Below are positions 17,577-26,599 of a DNA stretch of 64,000 bases, one piece after another. The stretch is from positions 29,089-93,088 of the forward strand of contig JBNRMI010000023.1 of NCBI GenBank assembly GCA_050309445.1, read 5' to 3'. A model generated the notes under the pieces. That model did not search any database. It was not told where the DNA came from and saw only the letters and a list, made by a program, of their open reading frames with translations. The stretch is from Candidatus Methanogranum sp. (lineage in GTDB: Archaea > Thermoplasmatota > Thermoplasmata > Methanomassiliicoccales > Methanomethylophilaceae). The translations under genes were made by a program, and so were the position numbers. How positions within the stretch are numbered: the stretch's first letter is position 1; the number at the start of each line of letters is the position of its first letter.

Positions 17577-19004
17577 ATGGAGGAGGAGCACGGTCTGTCC
17601 GGGGATGCGAAGAGGCGGTTCAAGGCCGACCTGGAGACGGCGGTGCGCACCGTCCGCTCGGCGGCAGACGCCCTGGTCGTCACCCACATCGATGCCGACG
17701 GCATCACCGCGGGCGCGATCGCCTCGCTGACGCTCGAGCGGCTGGGCATCCCGCACACCGTGACCTTCGAGAAGCAGATCGACGACGAGGCGGTCGGACG
17801 CGTCAACGGCAGCGCCGCGGACCTCGTCTGGATGTCCGACCTCGGCAGCGGCTACCTCTCGCGCTTCAAGCGGCCGGGCATCGTCATCACCGACCACCAT
17901 GTGCCGGAGGCGGGTTTCCGCACCGATCAGACGCGCATCGACCAGTTCTCGGACATCGTCCACCTCAACCCGCACCTGTACGGGATCGACGGCACCAGCG
18001 ACGTCAGCGGTGCCGGCATGGCCTATCTGTTGGCGCGCGAGATCGACCCGGCCAACCGCGACCTCGCGTACCTCGGGGTGATCGGCGCCGTCGGCGATTT
18101 CCAGGACAGCCGCGGCGGCGGCCTGACCGGCTGCAACCGCGCGATCCTGGCGGATGCGGTCGCGGCCGGCGACGTGGCGGTCGAGGAGGACATCCGGCTG
18201 TTCGGGCGGGAGACGCGCCCGCTGGTGCAGTTGCTGCAGTACTGCGGCGACCCCTCGATGCCCGGCCTCTCCAACGACCGCGAGGGATGCGTCCGCTTCT
18301 TCGGGGAGCTGGACATACCGCTGAAGGACGGGAGGGAGTGGCGGGTGTGGAACGACCTGGAGGTCGATGAGCGGCGGCGGGCGGCGGCGGCGATCATCCG
18401 GCATGCCGACGAATCGGGTTCCGGACCGCCGGTGTTCGGCGAGGTCTACACCGTCACCGCCCATGAGCGCGGCACCGGGCTGCGCGACGCCAAGGAGTTC
18501 TCCACCATCCTCAACTCGTGCGGCCGCTACGACGACGCCGTGACCGGCCTGCGCATCTGCAAAGGCGACCTGACGGCCCTGGAGGATGCCGAGCGCAACC
18601 GCGAGAACCACCGGCGCAACATCTCGGCCGCGCTCGCCCATGTGCGCGACAACAGCCTGGTCAGGGAGCGCCGTTTCATCCAGTACTTCGATTCCGGCCC
18701 CGAGATCCGCGAGACCATCGTCGGCATCGTCGCCGGCATGCTGGTCAACTCGGGCCAGGTGCGGCGCGGCCTGCCGCTGATCGCCTTCGCCGAGTCCGAT
18801 AACGGGCTCAAGGTCTCGGCCCGGTCCACCTACGCCCTCGCCGACCGCGGGCTCGACCTCTCGGCGGTGATGAGCAAGGCGGCCGAGCTGGTCGGCGGCC
18901 AGGGCGGCGGTCACCGCGTGGCCGCGGGCGCCACCATCCCCGCCGACCGGCGGGAGGACTTCCTCGGGATCGTCGAGGACCTGGTCTCGATCCAGCTCAT
19001 CTGA
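17577..19004 (+). CDS. DHH-family phosphoesterase, archaeal RecJ/GAN-like nuclease
   Basis: 475 aa. DHH motifs THIDADGITAG and ITDHH, and a C-terminal GGGH (DHHA1-like) motif. Confidence 0.75.
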   Translation: MEEEHGLSGDAKRRFKADLETAVRTVRSAADALVVTHIDADGITAGAIASLTLERLGIPHTVTFEKQIDDEAVGRVNGSAADLVWMSDLGSGYLSRFKRPGIVITDHHVPEAGFRTDQTRIDQFSDIVHLNPHLYGIDGTSDVSGAGMAYLLAREIDPANRDLAYLGVIGAVGDFQDSRGGGLTGCNRAILADAVAAGDVAVEEDIRLFGRETRPLVQLLQYCGDPSMPGLSNDREGCVRFFGELDIPLKDGREWRVWNDLEVDERRRAAAAIIRHADESGSGPPVFGEVYTVTAHERGTGLRDAKEFSTILNSCGRYDDAVTGLRICKGDLTALEDAERNRENHRRNISAALAHVRDNSLVRERRFIQYFDSGPEIRETIVGIVAGMLVNSGQVRRGLPLIAFAESDNGLKVSARSTYALADRGLDLSAVMSKAAELVGGQGGGHRVAAGATIPADRREDFLGIVEDLVSIQLI

Positions 19005-19911
19005 TCAGCGTGCGCAGCACCGCCTTCTGCGCGTGCAGCCGGTTCTCGGCCTGGTCGAAGACGACGCTCTGGGGCCCGTCCATCACCTCGGCGGTGATCT
19101 CCTGCCCCCGGTGGGCGGGCAGGCAGTGCATGACGATGCAGTCCGGCTTGGCCAGCGACAGCAGGTCGTCGTTGATCTGGTACATCTGGAAGATCTTGAC
19201 CGCCTTCTCGACCGGCGTCTCGTCGCCCATCGACACCCAGGTGTCGGTGTACAGGACGTCGGCGTCCCTGCAGGCCTCGAGCGGGTTGTGCGAGGCGCTG
19301 ATGCTGCTGCCGTTGGCGTCGGCGATGCGCGAGGCGTTGAGGATGATCTCGGCGTTGGGCATCCGCGTCGCGGGGCAGCAGGCGACCATGTCGAGGCCGA
19401 CGATCGCCGAGGCGTACAGCAGCGAGTTGCAGACGTTGTTGCCGTCGCCGAGGTAGACCAGCTTGCGGCCGCGGAACCCGCCCTTCCTCTCCTTGACGGT
19501 GACCATGTCGGCCAGCGCCTGGCAGGGGTGCTCGAGGTCGTCGAGCCCGCTGATCACCGGGATGGTGGCGCTGTCGCCGACCTTGTCCATGATCTTGTAG
19601 TCGAAGGCGCGGTACATGATCGCGTGCACGAACCGGCTCATCACCCTGGCGGTGTCCTCGACCGTCTCCCCGTGGCCCATCTGCATGCTGGGTACGTCGA
19701 TGTAGAGGGCGTGCCCCCCGAGCTCGGTCATCGCCACGTCGAAGGATATCCGCGTGCGGGTGCTGGGTTTCTCGAACATCATCGCCAGGGTCTTGCCCCT
19801 GAGCGGCGCGCCGTGGTCGCCGCGCTCCGCTTTGAGCTCGATCGCCAGGTCCACCAGGTCGGACCACTCGTCCTTCATGTCGAGGACGGAGATCAGATTC
19901 TTCTTCGCCAT
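18997..19911 (-). CDS. argF: Ornithine carbamoyltransferase
   Basis: Motifs STRTR, HPCQ, HCLP and DTWVSMG. The start is set at MAKKNLISVLD (19911). The track extension to 20070 runs through the promoter and repeat DNA. Confidence 0.9.
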   Translation of the reverse strand: MAKKNLISVLDMKDEWSDLVDLAIELKAERGDHGAPLRGKTLAMMFEKPSTRTRISFDVAMTELGGHALYIDVPSMQMGHGETVEDTARVMSRFVHAIMYRAFDYKIMDKVGDSATIPVISGLDDLEHPCQALADMVTVKERKGGFRGRKLVYLGDGNNVCNSLLYASAIVGLDMVACCPATRMPNAEIILNASRIADANGSSISASHNPLEACRDADVLYTDTWVSMGDETPVEKAVKIFQMYQINDDLLSLAKPDCIVMHCLPAHRGQEITAEVMDGPQSVVFDQAENRLHAQKAVLRTLIR

Positions 19912-19944
19912 GCCTGTCCGTAACACCGCGGGTGTAGATATACC

Positions 19945-19974
19945 CATGCGCCCGGGTGCGCGGGCTGGGATGCC
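19945..19974. repeat. Direct repeat copy A (CATGCGCCCGGGTGCGCGGGCTGGGATGCC)
   Basis: 28/30 identical to 20008-20037, offset 63 bp, in the argF/tRNA-His divergent spacer. Confidence 0.8.
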
Positions 19975-20007
19975 TGCGGGGCGGGTCAGGAGCAATCGAC
20001 GGCGCAG

Positions 20008-20037
20008 CATGCACCCGGGTGCGCGGGCGGGGATGCC
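20008..20037. repeat. Direct repeat copy B (CATGCACCCGGGTGCGCGGGCGGGGATGCC)
   Basis: Contains the palindrome CACCCGGGTG. The 3' part forms a 9-bp hairpin, CGCGGGCGG-GGATG-CCGCCCGCG. Confidence 0.8.
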
Positions 20038-20091
20038 GCCCGCGTTCCAGAAACATTTATTAACAACCACATAATCAGCGCCATATCATAT

Positions 20092-20169
20092 GGCCCGAGT
20101 AGGGTAGCCTGGTTATCCTAGGGGATTGTGGATCCCCCGACTCGTGTTCAAATCTCGGCTCGGGCCCCA
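20092..20169 (+). tRNA. tRNA-His (GUG) with encoded G-1 and CCA
   Basis: Hand-folded. G-1 pairs with C73. Acceptor GCCCGAG/CTCGGGC, anticodon arm GGGGA-TTGTGGA-TCCCC, T-loop TTCAAAT (one U-U mismatch in the T stem). TATA CATTTATTAAC lies ~30 nt upstream. Confidence 0.85.
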
Positions 20170-20206
20170 CCTCTGATATTCTTCGACCGACGGAGGGGAC
20201 TCTGCC

Positions 20207-21658
20207 ATGACATGGGACGGACCGCTGAACAGAATCGATGACAACCGATGGGAGATACCCTCGGATCACATGCCGGGCATGCTGACCAACGCCGTGATCT
20301 ACGCCAGCGAGGCGATGATCGGGCAGATCCGGAGCGACAACGCCCCGCAGCAGGCGGCCAACGTCGCCTGCCTGCCGGGGATCGTCGGCAGCTCGCTGGC
20401 GATGCCGGACATCCACTGGGGCTACGGCTTCCCCATCGGCGGCGTGGCCGCCGTCGACGCCGACCGGGGGTCGATCTCCCCTGGCGGCATCGGCTTCGAC
20501 ATCAACTGCGGCGTGCGCCTGATCCGCACCGACCTGACCGCGGCCGACCTGGAGGGCCGGATCGGCGACCTGGTCGACGAGCTCTACCGCAACGTGCCCT
20601 CGGGCCTCGGCTCCAAGGGGCTGACGCGGCTGACCGAGCGCGACCTGCGCGACGTCCTCACCCACGGGTCCGCCTGGGCGGTCGAGCAGGGCTACGGCTG
20701 GGACGAGGACCTGACGGTCACCGAGGAGGAGGGCCGCATGGAGGACGCCGACCCGTCGAGGGTCAGCGCCAGGGCGGTCAAGCGCGGCCTGCCGCAGCTG
20801 GGCTCGCTCGGTTCCGGCAACCACTTCCTCGAGATCGACGTCGTGGAGACGGTGTACGACGAGCGCACGGCGAAAGGGTACGGCCTGGAGGAGGGCACGG
20901 TCACGATCACCGTGCACTGCGGCTCGCGCGGCTGCGGCCACCAGATCGCCACCGACCATCTCCAGGTGATGGAGCGCTACATCAGGGAGCACGGGGTCGA
21001 ACTGCCCGACCGGCAGCTGGCCTGCGCCCCCCTGTCCTCGCGCGAGGGCGGCGAGTACTACGAGGCGATGTGCTGCGGCGCCAACTACGCCTGGGCGAAC
21101 CGGCAGATGATCACCCACTGGACGCGCGAGTCCTTCGAGAAGGTCCTCGGCCGCCCGGCCGAGGACATGGGCATGGACATGGTCTACGACGTTGCCCACA
21201 ACATCGCCAAGCGCGAACGCCACGCGGTCGACGGCCGCGACACGGACGTGCTGGTCCACCGCAAGGGGGCCACCCGCGCCTTCGCCCCCGGGCGGAGCGA
21301 GGTGCCCCTCAAGTACCGCGACCTGGGCCAGCCGGTGATCGTGCCCGGCGACATGATGGCCGGGACCTACGTGCTCGCCGGCCGGCCGGGCGCGATGGAG
21401 CAGACCTTCGGCTCGGCCTGCCACGGCGCCGGACGGCAGCTGTCGCGCAAGGCGGCGATCCGTCAGAGCAGCGCCGGGGAGATCCGCCGGGAGATGGCCG
21501 ACAGCGGCATCTACCTGCGCAGCGGCACCGACGAGGGCCTGCGCGAGGAGGCCCCCGTGGCCTACAAGGACGTCGACGAGGTCATCCGGGTCGTCTGCGA
21601 CGCGGGCATCGCCGACCGGGTGGTGCGGCTGCGGCCGATCGGCGTGGTCAAAGGCTGA
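20207..21658 (+). CDS. rtcB: RNA-splicing ligase RtcB
   Basis: 483 aa with RtcB strings MPDIHWGYGFPIGGVAA, GFDINCGVR, GSGNHFLE and ACHGAGR. Confidence 0.93.
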   Translation: MTWDGPLNRIDDNRWEIPSDHMPGMLTNAVIYASEAMIGQIRSDNAPQQAANVACLPGIVGSSLAMPDIHWGYGFPIGGVAAVDADRGSISPGGIGFDINCGVRLIRTDLTAADLEGRIGDLVDELYRNVPSGLGSKGLTRLTERDLRDVLTHGSAWAVEQGYGWDEDLTVTEEEGRMEDADPSRVSARAVKRGLPQLGSLGSGNHFLEIDVVETVYDERTAKGYGLEEGTVTITVHCGSRGCGHQIATDHLQVMERYIREHGVELPDRQLACAPLSSREGGEYYEAMCCGANYAWANRQMITHWTRESFEKVLGRPAEDMGMDMVYDVAHNIAKRERHAVDGRDTDVLVHRKGATRAFAPGRSEVPLKYRDLGQPVIVPGDMMAGTYVLAGRPGAMEQTFGSACHGAGRQLSRKAAIRQSSAGEIRREMADSGIYLRSGTDEGLREEAPVAYKDVDEVIRVVCDAGIADRVVRLRPIGVVKG

Positions 21659-22982
21659 GCATGCGGCGGACGGCCGCGGCCGTCCGCTGCTCCCGGCCCG
21701 GGACCGTCGACACCGCCAGCTTCCAGCCGAACGGGTCGCGCGACTGCAGCCCCTTGGCCACCGGCGACAGCCGGGTCAGCGCCTGCACGCCGCCGTCGGC
21801 GCCCAGCACCCCCACCCCGGTCTTGCCCGGCCTGGACTTCGCCAGCAGGGCGGACTCCGAGGGCAGGTCGACGATCACCTCCGAGGCGTCCAGGTCCAAC
21901 CTGGCCGCCAGCTCCGCCTCCAACCGCCGCCTGCCGGCGGACGAGGTGTGCTCCGCCAGCATCGCCGACGTCTCCGCGTCCGCCTCCTCGCTGCGGAGGA
22001 CGAAGGCGGTCTTGTAAGGGCGGCGCGCCATCACCGAGCGGGCCAGCAGCGACGGCCGGCCGCCCTCGGCGACCAGCGCGGCGACCAGTTCGGCATCGGT
22101 CAGGGTGCGCACCTCGGCCAGGTCGAGGTCGGAGCATTCGACCGCCTTGACCAGCATCATCTTGAAGATCCGCACCGTCATGTGGTAGTAGACGGCCGAG
22201 TACATCATCGAGCGCGCCATCATCAGACCCTCGGCGGCGACCGCGCCGCTGCGGTCGATGACCAGGCGGCCGTTGTGCACGCGGACGGTGTCGAGGATGC
22301 GCTCGACGTCGATCACCCCCCACTTCACCCCGGTGTAATGGGCGTCCCGCAGCAGGTAGTCCATCTGGTCGGCGTCGATCGGGCCGTGGATGATCTGGTG
22401 CACATGGTCGCCGGGGGAGAAGCTGGCGCGCCAGTCGTCCGCGGGCGGCTGCGAGCGCGGATGCTCGATGATGTCGCAGACGCGCCCGGCGTCGATGCCG
22501 GCATCGGTCAGCATCTCGGCGATCGACGGGAGCCCGCCGTGGAGGTCGGCGTCGCGCTCCGGATAGCCTGGGACGGCGCCGGTGATCAGGTCTCGGGCCA
22601 TGCGCATGTGGTCCTTGCCGGTGCGCTCGACGATCAGGTCCTCCAGCGTGTGCGAGAACGGCGCGTGCGCGATATCGTGCAGCATGCCGGCGACGGCCAC
22701 CGCCTCGCGCTCCGGCTCCGCGAGCCCGAGCGCCTCCGCCATGCGGGAGGCCAGATGATAGGTGCCCAGGCTGTGCTCGAAGCGGGTGTGGTTGGCGCCC
22801 GGGAAGACCAGGTGCCCCATGTCCAGCTGCCGGATGCTGCGCAGGCGCTGCAGCTCGTGGCGGTCGAGCAGCTCCAGGCGGATGCCGGAGAAGCGGATGC
22901 TCCCGTGCACCGGATCGAAGACCGTCTTGCAGGTCCCGGCCTCCGTCCCGTCCCGGCCGTCGCCTCGGCAGGCGGGCATCAT
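21648..22982 (-). CDS. HD-domain phosphohydrolase (COG1078/SAMHD1-like)
   Basis: Motifs NHTRFEHSLGTYHL, HDIAHAPFSH and DQMDYLLRDAHYTG. The start codon is uncertain within the first ~15 codons. Confidence 0.8.
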   Translation of the reverse strand: MMPACRGDGRDGTEAGTCKTVFDPVHGSIRFSGIRLELLDRHELQRLRSIRQLDMGHLVFPGANHTRFEHSLGTYHLASRMAEALGLAEPEREAVAVAGMLHDIAHAPFSHTLEDLIVERTGKDHMRMARDLITGAVPGYPERDADLHGGLPSIAEMLTDAGIDAGRVCDIIEHPRSQPPADDWRASFSPGDHVHQIIHGPIDADQMDYLLRDAHYTGVKWGVIDVERILDTVRVHNGRLVIDRSGAVAAEGLMMARSMMYSAVYYHMTVRIFKMMLVKAVECSDLDLAEVRTLTDAELVAALVAEGGRPSLLARSVMARRPYKTAFVLRSEEADAETSAMLAEHTSSAGRRRLEAELAARLDLDASEVIVDLPSESALLAKSRPGKTGVGVLGADGGVQALTRLSPVAKGLQSRDPFGWKLAVSTVPGREQRTAAAVRRMLSL

Positions 22983-23500
22983 TCCCCCGCTTTCCAGAGC
23001 CGGTCGCCGACATGGTGCAGCGAGAGGACGGCCTTGCCGGGGGCCTTCGACATCAGCCCCTCCCCCGAGCGCTCGGAGATCCCGACCGCCAGCGGCACCC
23101 GGTTGCGCTCGTCCCTGATCCAGACCATGTCGCCGGCCGCGATGCCGGGATCGGCATCGATGATGCCGGGGCCCATGCAGTCGGCCCCCTTGGAGACGAA
23201 CGGCACCGCCCCCATGTCGACGGTGACCGCCCGCAGCTCGGGCCGGTAGCGGATCAGCCCCCGGACGGTGAGGAACGGACGGCCCTCGTGCACCAGGCCG
23301 ACGATCTCGCCGTCCGCGAACAGTAGGTCGAAATCGGAGCTCTCGGCGAAATCGACCTGGTCGTCGCCTCCGAACACCGGGACGCCGAGCGCCTCCTCCA
23401 GCTGCTCGGAGTACACCCGGATCTCCTTGACCTTCATCCTCTTGCGCTTGCGGATCATTATGCCTGACATCGCGGTACGATGAATCTCCGGATTAATCAT
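22979..23500 (-). CDS. PUA-domain RNA-binding protein
   Basis: The C-terminal part (GADCMGPGIIDADPGIAAGDMVWIRDERNRVPLAVGI) is a typical PUA domain. An alternative start is at 23470. Confidence 0.7.
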   Translation of the reverse strand: MINPEIHRTAMSGIMIRKRKRMKVKEIRVYSEQLEEALGVPVFGGDDQVDFAESSDFDLLFADGEIVGLVHEGRPFLTVRGLIRYRPELRAVTVDMGAVPFVSKGADCMGPGIIDADPGIAAGDMVWIRDERNRVPLAVGISERSGEGLMSKAPGKAVLSLHHVGDRLWKAGE

Positions 23501-23566
23501 CCTTGCGCCCGCAGGCCGGCGGACGGGGTGCTTATATCCCCCGAGCGCATGTTACGGGGCGAGAGC

Positions 23567-24289
23567 ATGGGAATCAACATAGGCATACGGGAGATGGAGG
23601 CGGAGAGCGCCCTCTGCAGGGGGATGAGGTCGGAGATCGTCAAGGCGAAGGTGGATGGCATCGCGGGATTCGAGGACGTCTCGGAGTACGACACGCTGGT
23701 GACGCTGGAGAAGGCGCGCGGGCTGTTCCCCGACTGGGAGGGCTTCACCAAGCGCAACCGCATCGGGGACGACGTCGACGCCGTCTACCTGACTAAGGTC
23801 AGGGACGCGGGCGACATCGCCCTGCTGGCGCCTTTCAAGGAGAAGCGGTTCACCGGATGGGTGCCGCTGGAGGGGCTGTCCGACGAGCGCCGCGAGGCGG
23901 TGCTGGCGGCCTCGAGGCCCGAGAACCGCGTCAACGGCTGGGACCTGGCCGGATTCGATGAGATGAAGGAGATCTGCGGACGCTGCAAGCTGTCCTGGGA
24001 CAAGGGGAGGGGCTGCATCGGCACCTTCGGCCCCGACAACAGCCTGCTGCCGGGGATCGCCGCCCGGCACGGCTGCGCCATCATCGCCGCCGTGCCCGAG
24101 TCGGCGGCGGCCGGGAGGATCCACACCCCCGCCGAGGCGGCGGTGATGCTGGAGGAGGTCGAGAAGCTGACCGCCGTGCTGCCCGACGAGGGCAAGATGA
24201 TGGTCAGGCGCTACTCCGGCCCGCTCGAGCGCCTGGGCGCGGTCGGCAGGATCTCAGTCGAAGAGGGCTGCGGCTTCTACTTCTTCTGA
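23567..24289 (+). CDS. Hypothetical protein (240 aa) with a CGRCKLSWDKGRGC motif
   Basis: The ORF has a good GC3 pattern. The TATA CTTATATCC (23531-23539) is shared with the divergent PUA gene. Alternative starts are 23549 and 23480. Confidence 0.6.
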   Translation: MGINIGIREMEAESALCRGMRSEIVKAKVDGIAGFEDVSEYDTLVTLEKARGLFPDWEGFTKRNRIGDDVDAVYLTKVRDAGDIALLAPFKEKRFTGWVPLEGLSDERREAVLAASRPENRVNGWDLAGFDEMKEICGRCKLSWDKGRGCIGTFGPDNSLLPGIAARHGCAIIAAVPESAAAGRIHTPAEAAVMLEEVEKLTAVLPDEGKMMVRRYSGPLERLGAVGRISVEEGCGFYFF

Positions 24290-24294
24290 GCCGC

Positions 24295-24879
24295 TCAGGC
24301 GTCGTACCCGTTGAGCCTCAGGATGGCCCAGGCCATCTCGCGGGCCATGCGGGTGACGGCGCGCATCCCCTCCTTGTCCTCGAGGTACTGGGGGGAGTTG
24401 AGCGCGGTCAGGACCGGGGCAGGGTTGCCGCCGACGACGATCATCTCGTTGCGGAGCATCCAGCTGACCAGCTGGGCGTGCACCATCGAGCCGCCGTCGT
24501 GGGCGTTGACCACCATCGCCGCCCCCACCTTGCGCCTCAGGCCCATGTCGCCGGTCTCCAGCGGCAGCCCGGCCCGCTCGAGGAAGATGCGCATCCGGCT
24601 CGAGCTCGACCCGTAGTAGCAGGGGGAGGCGAGGATGATGCCGTCGGCCCGGCGCAGGCGGTCGAGGATGTCGTTGAGGTCGTCCTCCTCGATGATGCAG
24701 CGGCCGTCGCCGCGAATCATGCAGGAGCGGCAGTCGTTGCACTGCAGCAGCTCATGGGCGTACAGCTGGATCTGCTCCACCTCGATGCCCTCCTTCTCGA
24801 TCTCGTCGAGTACGTCGTTGAGGGCGTTGCCGGTGTTGCCGATCAGACGCGGGCTGCCGTTGAGGGCGATGACTTTCAT
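24295..24879 (-). CDS. Iron-sulfur flavoprotein (Isf)/NADPH-dependent FMN reductase family
   Basis: Begins MKVIALNGSPR. Carries the compact Cys motif CNDCRSCMIRGDGRC (CX2CX2CX7C), typical of Isf. Confidence 0.75.
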   Translation of the reverse strand: MKVIALNGSPRLIGNTGNALNDVLDEIEKEGIEVEQIQLYAHELLQCNDCRSCMIRGDGRCIIEEDDLNDILDRLRRADGIILASPCYYGSSSSRMRIFLERAGLPLETGDMGLRRKVGAAMVVNAHDGGSMVHAQLVSWMLRNEMIVVGGNPAPVLTALNSPQYLEDKEGMRAVTRMAREMAWAILRLNGYDA

Positions 24880-24912
24880 GGATGGCGGCAAGGGCGGGTG
24901 CCGATAAAACAC

Positions 24913-25359
24913 TTATGCAGTCGGCCCGCCGCGCATCTCGATCGCGCGGATGATGTTGCGGTCGGGGTCGAGGAGGGCGGTGCTGACCCCCCACGGCTCC
25001 CGCCGCGGATGCTGGATGAAGGTCACGCCCTCGTCGACCAGGCGGCGGTGGAGGTCGTAGGCGCTGTCGACGCCGATGTAGATGCCGGTGTCGGTGCCGA
25101 CGATATCGGAACGGCGCAGGATGAAGCGGGCCTCCTCGCGCATCACGCCGATCTCGCCGTCGGCGCGGTAGACCTCGCTCATGCCGAGCAGGTCGGTGTA
25201 GAAGCCGAGGCTCGACTCGGGGTCGCTCACGGGGATGACCGCGACGAACAGATTCCGCGGCAGCCCCTCGCCCGTGTACTTGAAATCCCCGCCTCCGGGG
25301 TCCCCCAACGGCATGCCGCGGGCATCGGCGCCCGCCGATATATCCCTTATGCCGGGCAT
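24913..25359 (-). CDS. VOC/glyoxalase-family protein
   Basis: A beta-alpha-beta-beta-beta type sequence (FVAVIPVSDPESSLGFYTDLLGM ... ALLDPDRNIIRAIE). The start may be the internal ATG at 25314, given the TATA at ~25369-25380. Confidence 0.65.
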   Translation of the reverse strand: MPGIRDISAGADARGMPLGDPGGGDFKYTGEGLPRNLFVAVIPVSDPESSLGFYTDLLGMSEVYRADGEIGVMREEARFILRRSDIVGTDTGIYIGVDSAYDLHRRLVDEGVTFIQHPRREPWGVSTALLDPDRNIIRAIEMRGGPTA

Positions 25360-25418
25360 GTTTGATAGCTTTATAAGCGCGGTCCTTCATCCGAGTCCTC
25401 ATAAGGAGATTTCTGCAG

Positions 25419-26249
25419 ATGACCAAACCGATGCTGAGCGAGAAGGATATCGAGGAGCAGACGAGGCTGCACGACAGCCTCGCCAGGATCAAGCACGTCA
25501 TCATCGTGATGAGCGGCAAGGGCGGAGTGGGCAAGAGCACCGTCTCCTCCAACCTGGCGATCGCGCTGTCGATGGCCGGGCATCAGACCGGGCTGATGGA
25601 CATCGACATCACCGGCCCGAACATCCCCAAGATGTTCCGCGTCGAGGACGAGAAGCTGACCGCGGAGGGCGACCGGCTGATGCCGGTGATCGTGCCCCCC
25701 TCGCTCAAGCTGATGTCGATGGCGTTCCTGCTGCCCGACCGCGATGCGGCGATCATGTGGCGGGGTCCGATCAAGATGACCGCCATCAAGCAGTTCATCG
25801 AGGACGTCGAATGGGGCGACCTCGACTACCTGGTCATCGACATGCCCCCGGGCACCGGCGACGAGGCCCTGTCGATCGTGCAGCTGATCCCCAAGGCCGA
25901 CGGCGCGATCATCGTCACCACCCCTCAGGACGTGGCGCTGCTCGACAGCCGCAAGAGCGTCACCTTCGCCGCCCAGACCAACATCCCGGTCATCGGCATC
26001 GTCGAGAACATGAGCAGCTTCGTCTGCCCGCACTGCGGCGAATCCACCGAGATCTTCAAATCCGGCGGCGGCGAGGCCGCCGCGGCCGAGCTGGGCATCC
26101 CGTTCCTCGGGCGCATCCCGCTGGAACCGGCCGTGGTGAGGTCCGGGGATGAGGGCATGCCGGTGGTGATCGCCGAGCCGGAATCGGCCTCGGCGAAGGC
26201 TTTCATGGCGGCCGTCGACCGCATCGTCGCCATCGTGGGGAAGGAATGA
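25419..26249 (+). CDS. Mrp/NBP35/ApbC-type Fe-S cluster carrier ATPase
   Basis: Deviant Walker A MSGKGGVGKST and the CPHCG cluster-binding motif. 276 aa. Confidence 0.88.
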   Translation: MTKPMLSEKDIEEQTRLHDSLARIKHVIIVMSGKGGVGKSTVSSNLAIALSMAGHQTGLMDIDITGPNIPKMFRVEDEKLTAEGDRLMPVIVPPSLKLMSMAFLLPDRDAAIMWRGPIKMTAIKQFIEDVEWGDLDYLVIDMPPGTGDEALSIVQLIPKADGAIIVTTPQDVALLDSRKSVTFAAQTNIPVIGIVENMSSFVCPHCGESTEIFKSGGGEAAAAELGIPFLGRIPLEPAVVRSGDEGMPVVIAEPESASAKAFMAAVDRIVAIVGKE

Positions 26250-26599
26250 GGATCGGCGTCATCTCCGAAGGGGAGACCCTGGAATCCTACGTGGCCGACG
26301 ATTTCGGCCATGCGCCCTTCTTCCTCATCGTCGACTCCGAGACCATGGACTATCAGGTCGTGGTCAACGAGCACGCCGACGTCCTCGAGGGCGCCGGCAT
26401 GCTGGTGGCCGAGGCGATCGCCGGGCTGGGGGTCGACGCCGTCATCGTCGGCGGCATCGGCCACCACGGGATGGCGATTCTGCGGAAGGCCGGCATCCAC
26501 GTCGCGGCCGACGAGGAGGGCCAGGTCGGGGAGGCCGTCGGGGACCTGGTCCGGAGACTGGAGCGGATACGCTCGTTCGAGGCCCGGGGCTCAGACTGA
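26246..26599 (+). CDS. NifX/NifB-C-terminal-like (dinitrogenase FeMo-cofactor-binding fold) protein
   Basis: 117 aa. FGHAPFFLIVD near the N-terminus and VIVGGIGHHGMAILRKAGI are typical of the PF02579-type family. Overlaps the mrp stop (ATGA). Confidence 0.7.
   Translation: MRIGVISEGETLESYVADDFGHAPFFLIVDSETMDYQVVVNEHADVLEGAGMLVAEAIAGLGVDAVIVGGIGHHGMAILRKAGIHVAADEEGQVGEAVGDLVRRLERIRSFEARGSD

Noticed and set aside
16737-18914. 725-aa minus-strand ORF spanning the ABC ATPase and RecJ-like genes
   Set aside because: It crosses an intergenic promoter and two well-supported plus-strand genes, and has an Arg/Gly/Asp/His-rich composition. It is a GC-driven open frame.
19945-20037. Possible CRISPR array
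   Set aside because: There are only two repeat copies, no cas genes nearby, and the repeats sit between two promoters.
19912-20070. N-terminal 53-codon extension of argF containing a duplicated GIPARAPG peptide
   Set aside because: The extension runs through the TATA box and the two 30-bp DNA repeats. OTCase homology begins at MAKKNL (19911).
20092-20169. tRNA-His as an integration site of a mobile element
   Set aside because: No integrase, no repeat of the tRNA 3' half, and no compositional change in the flanking genes.
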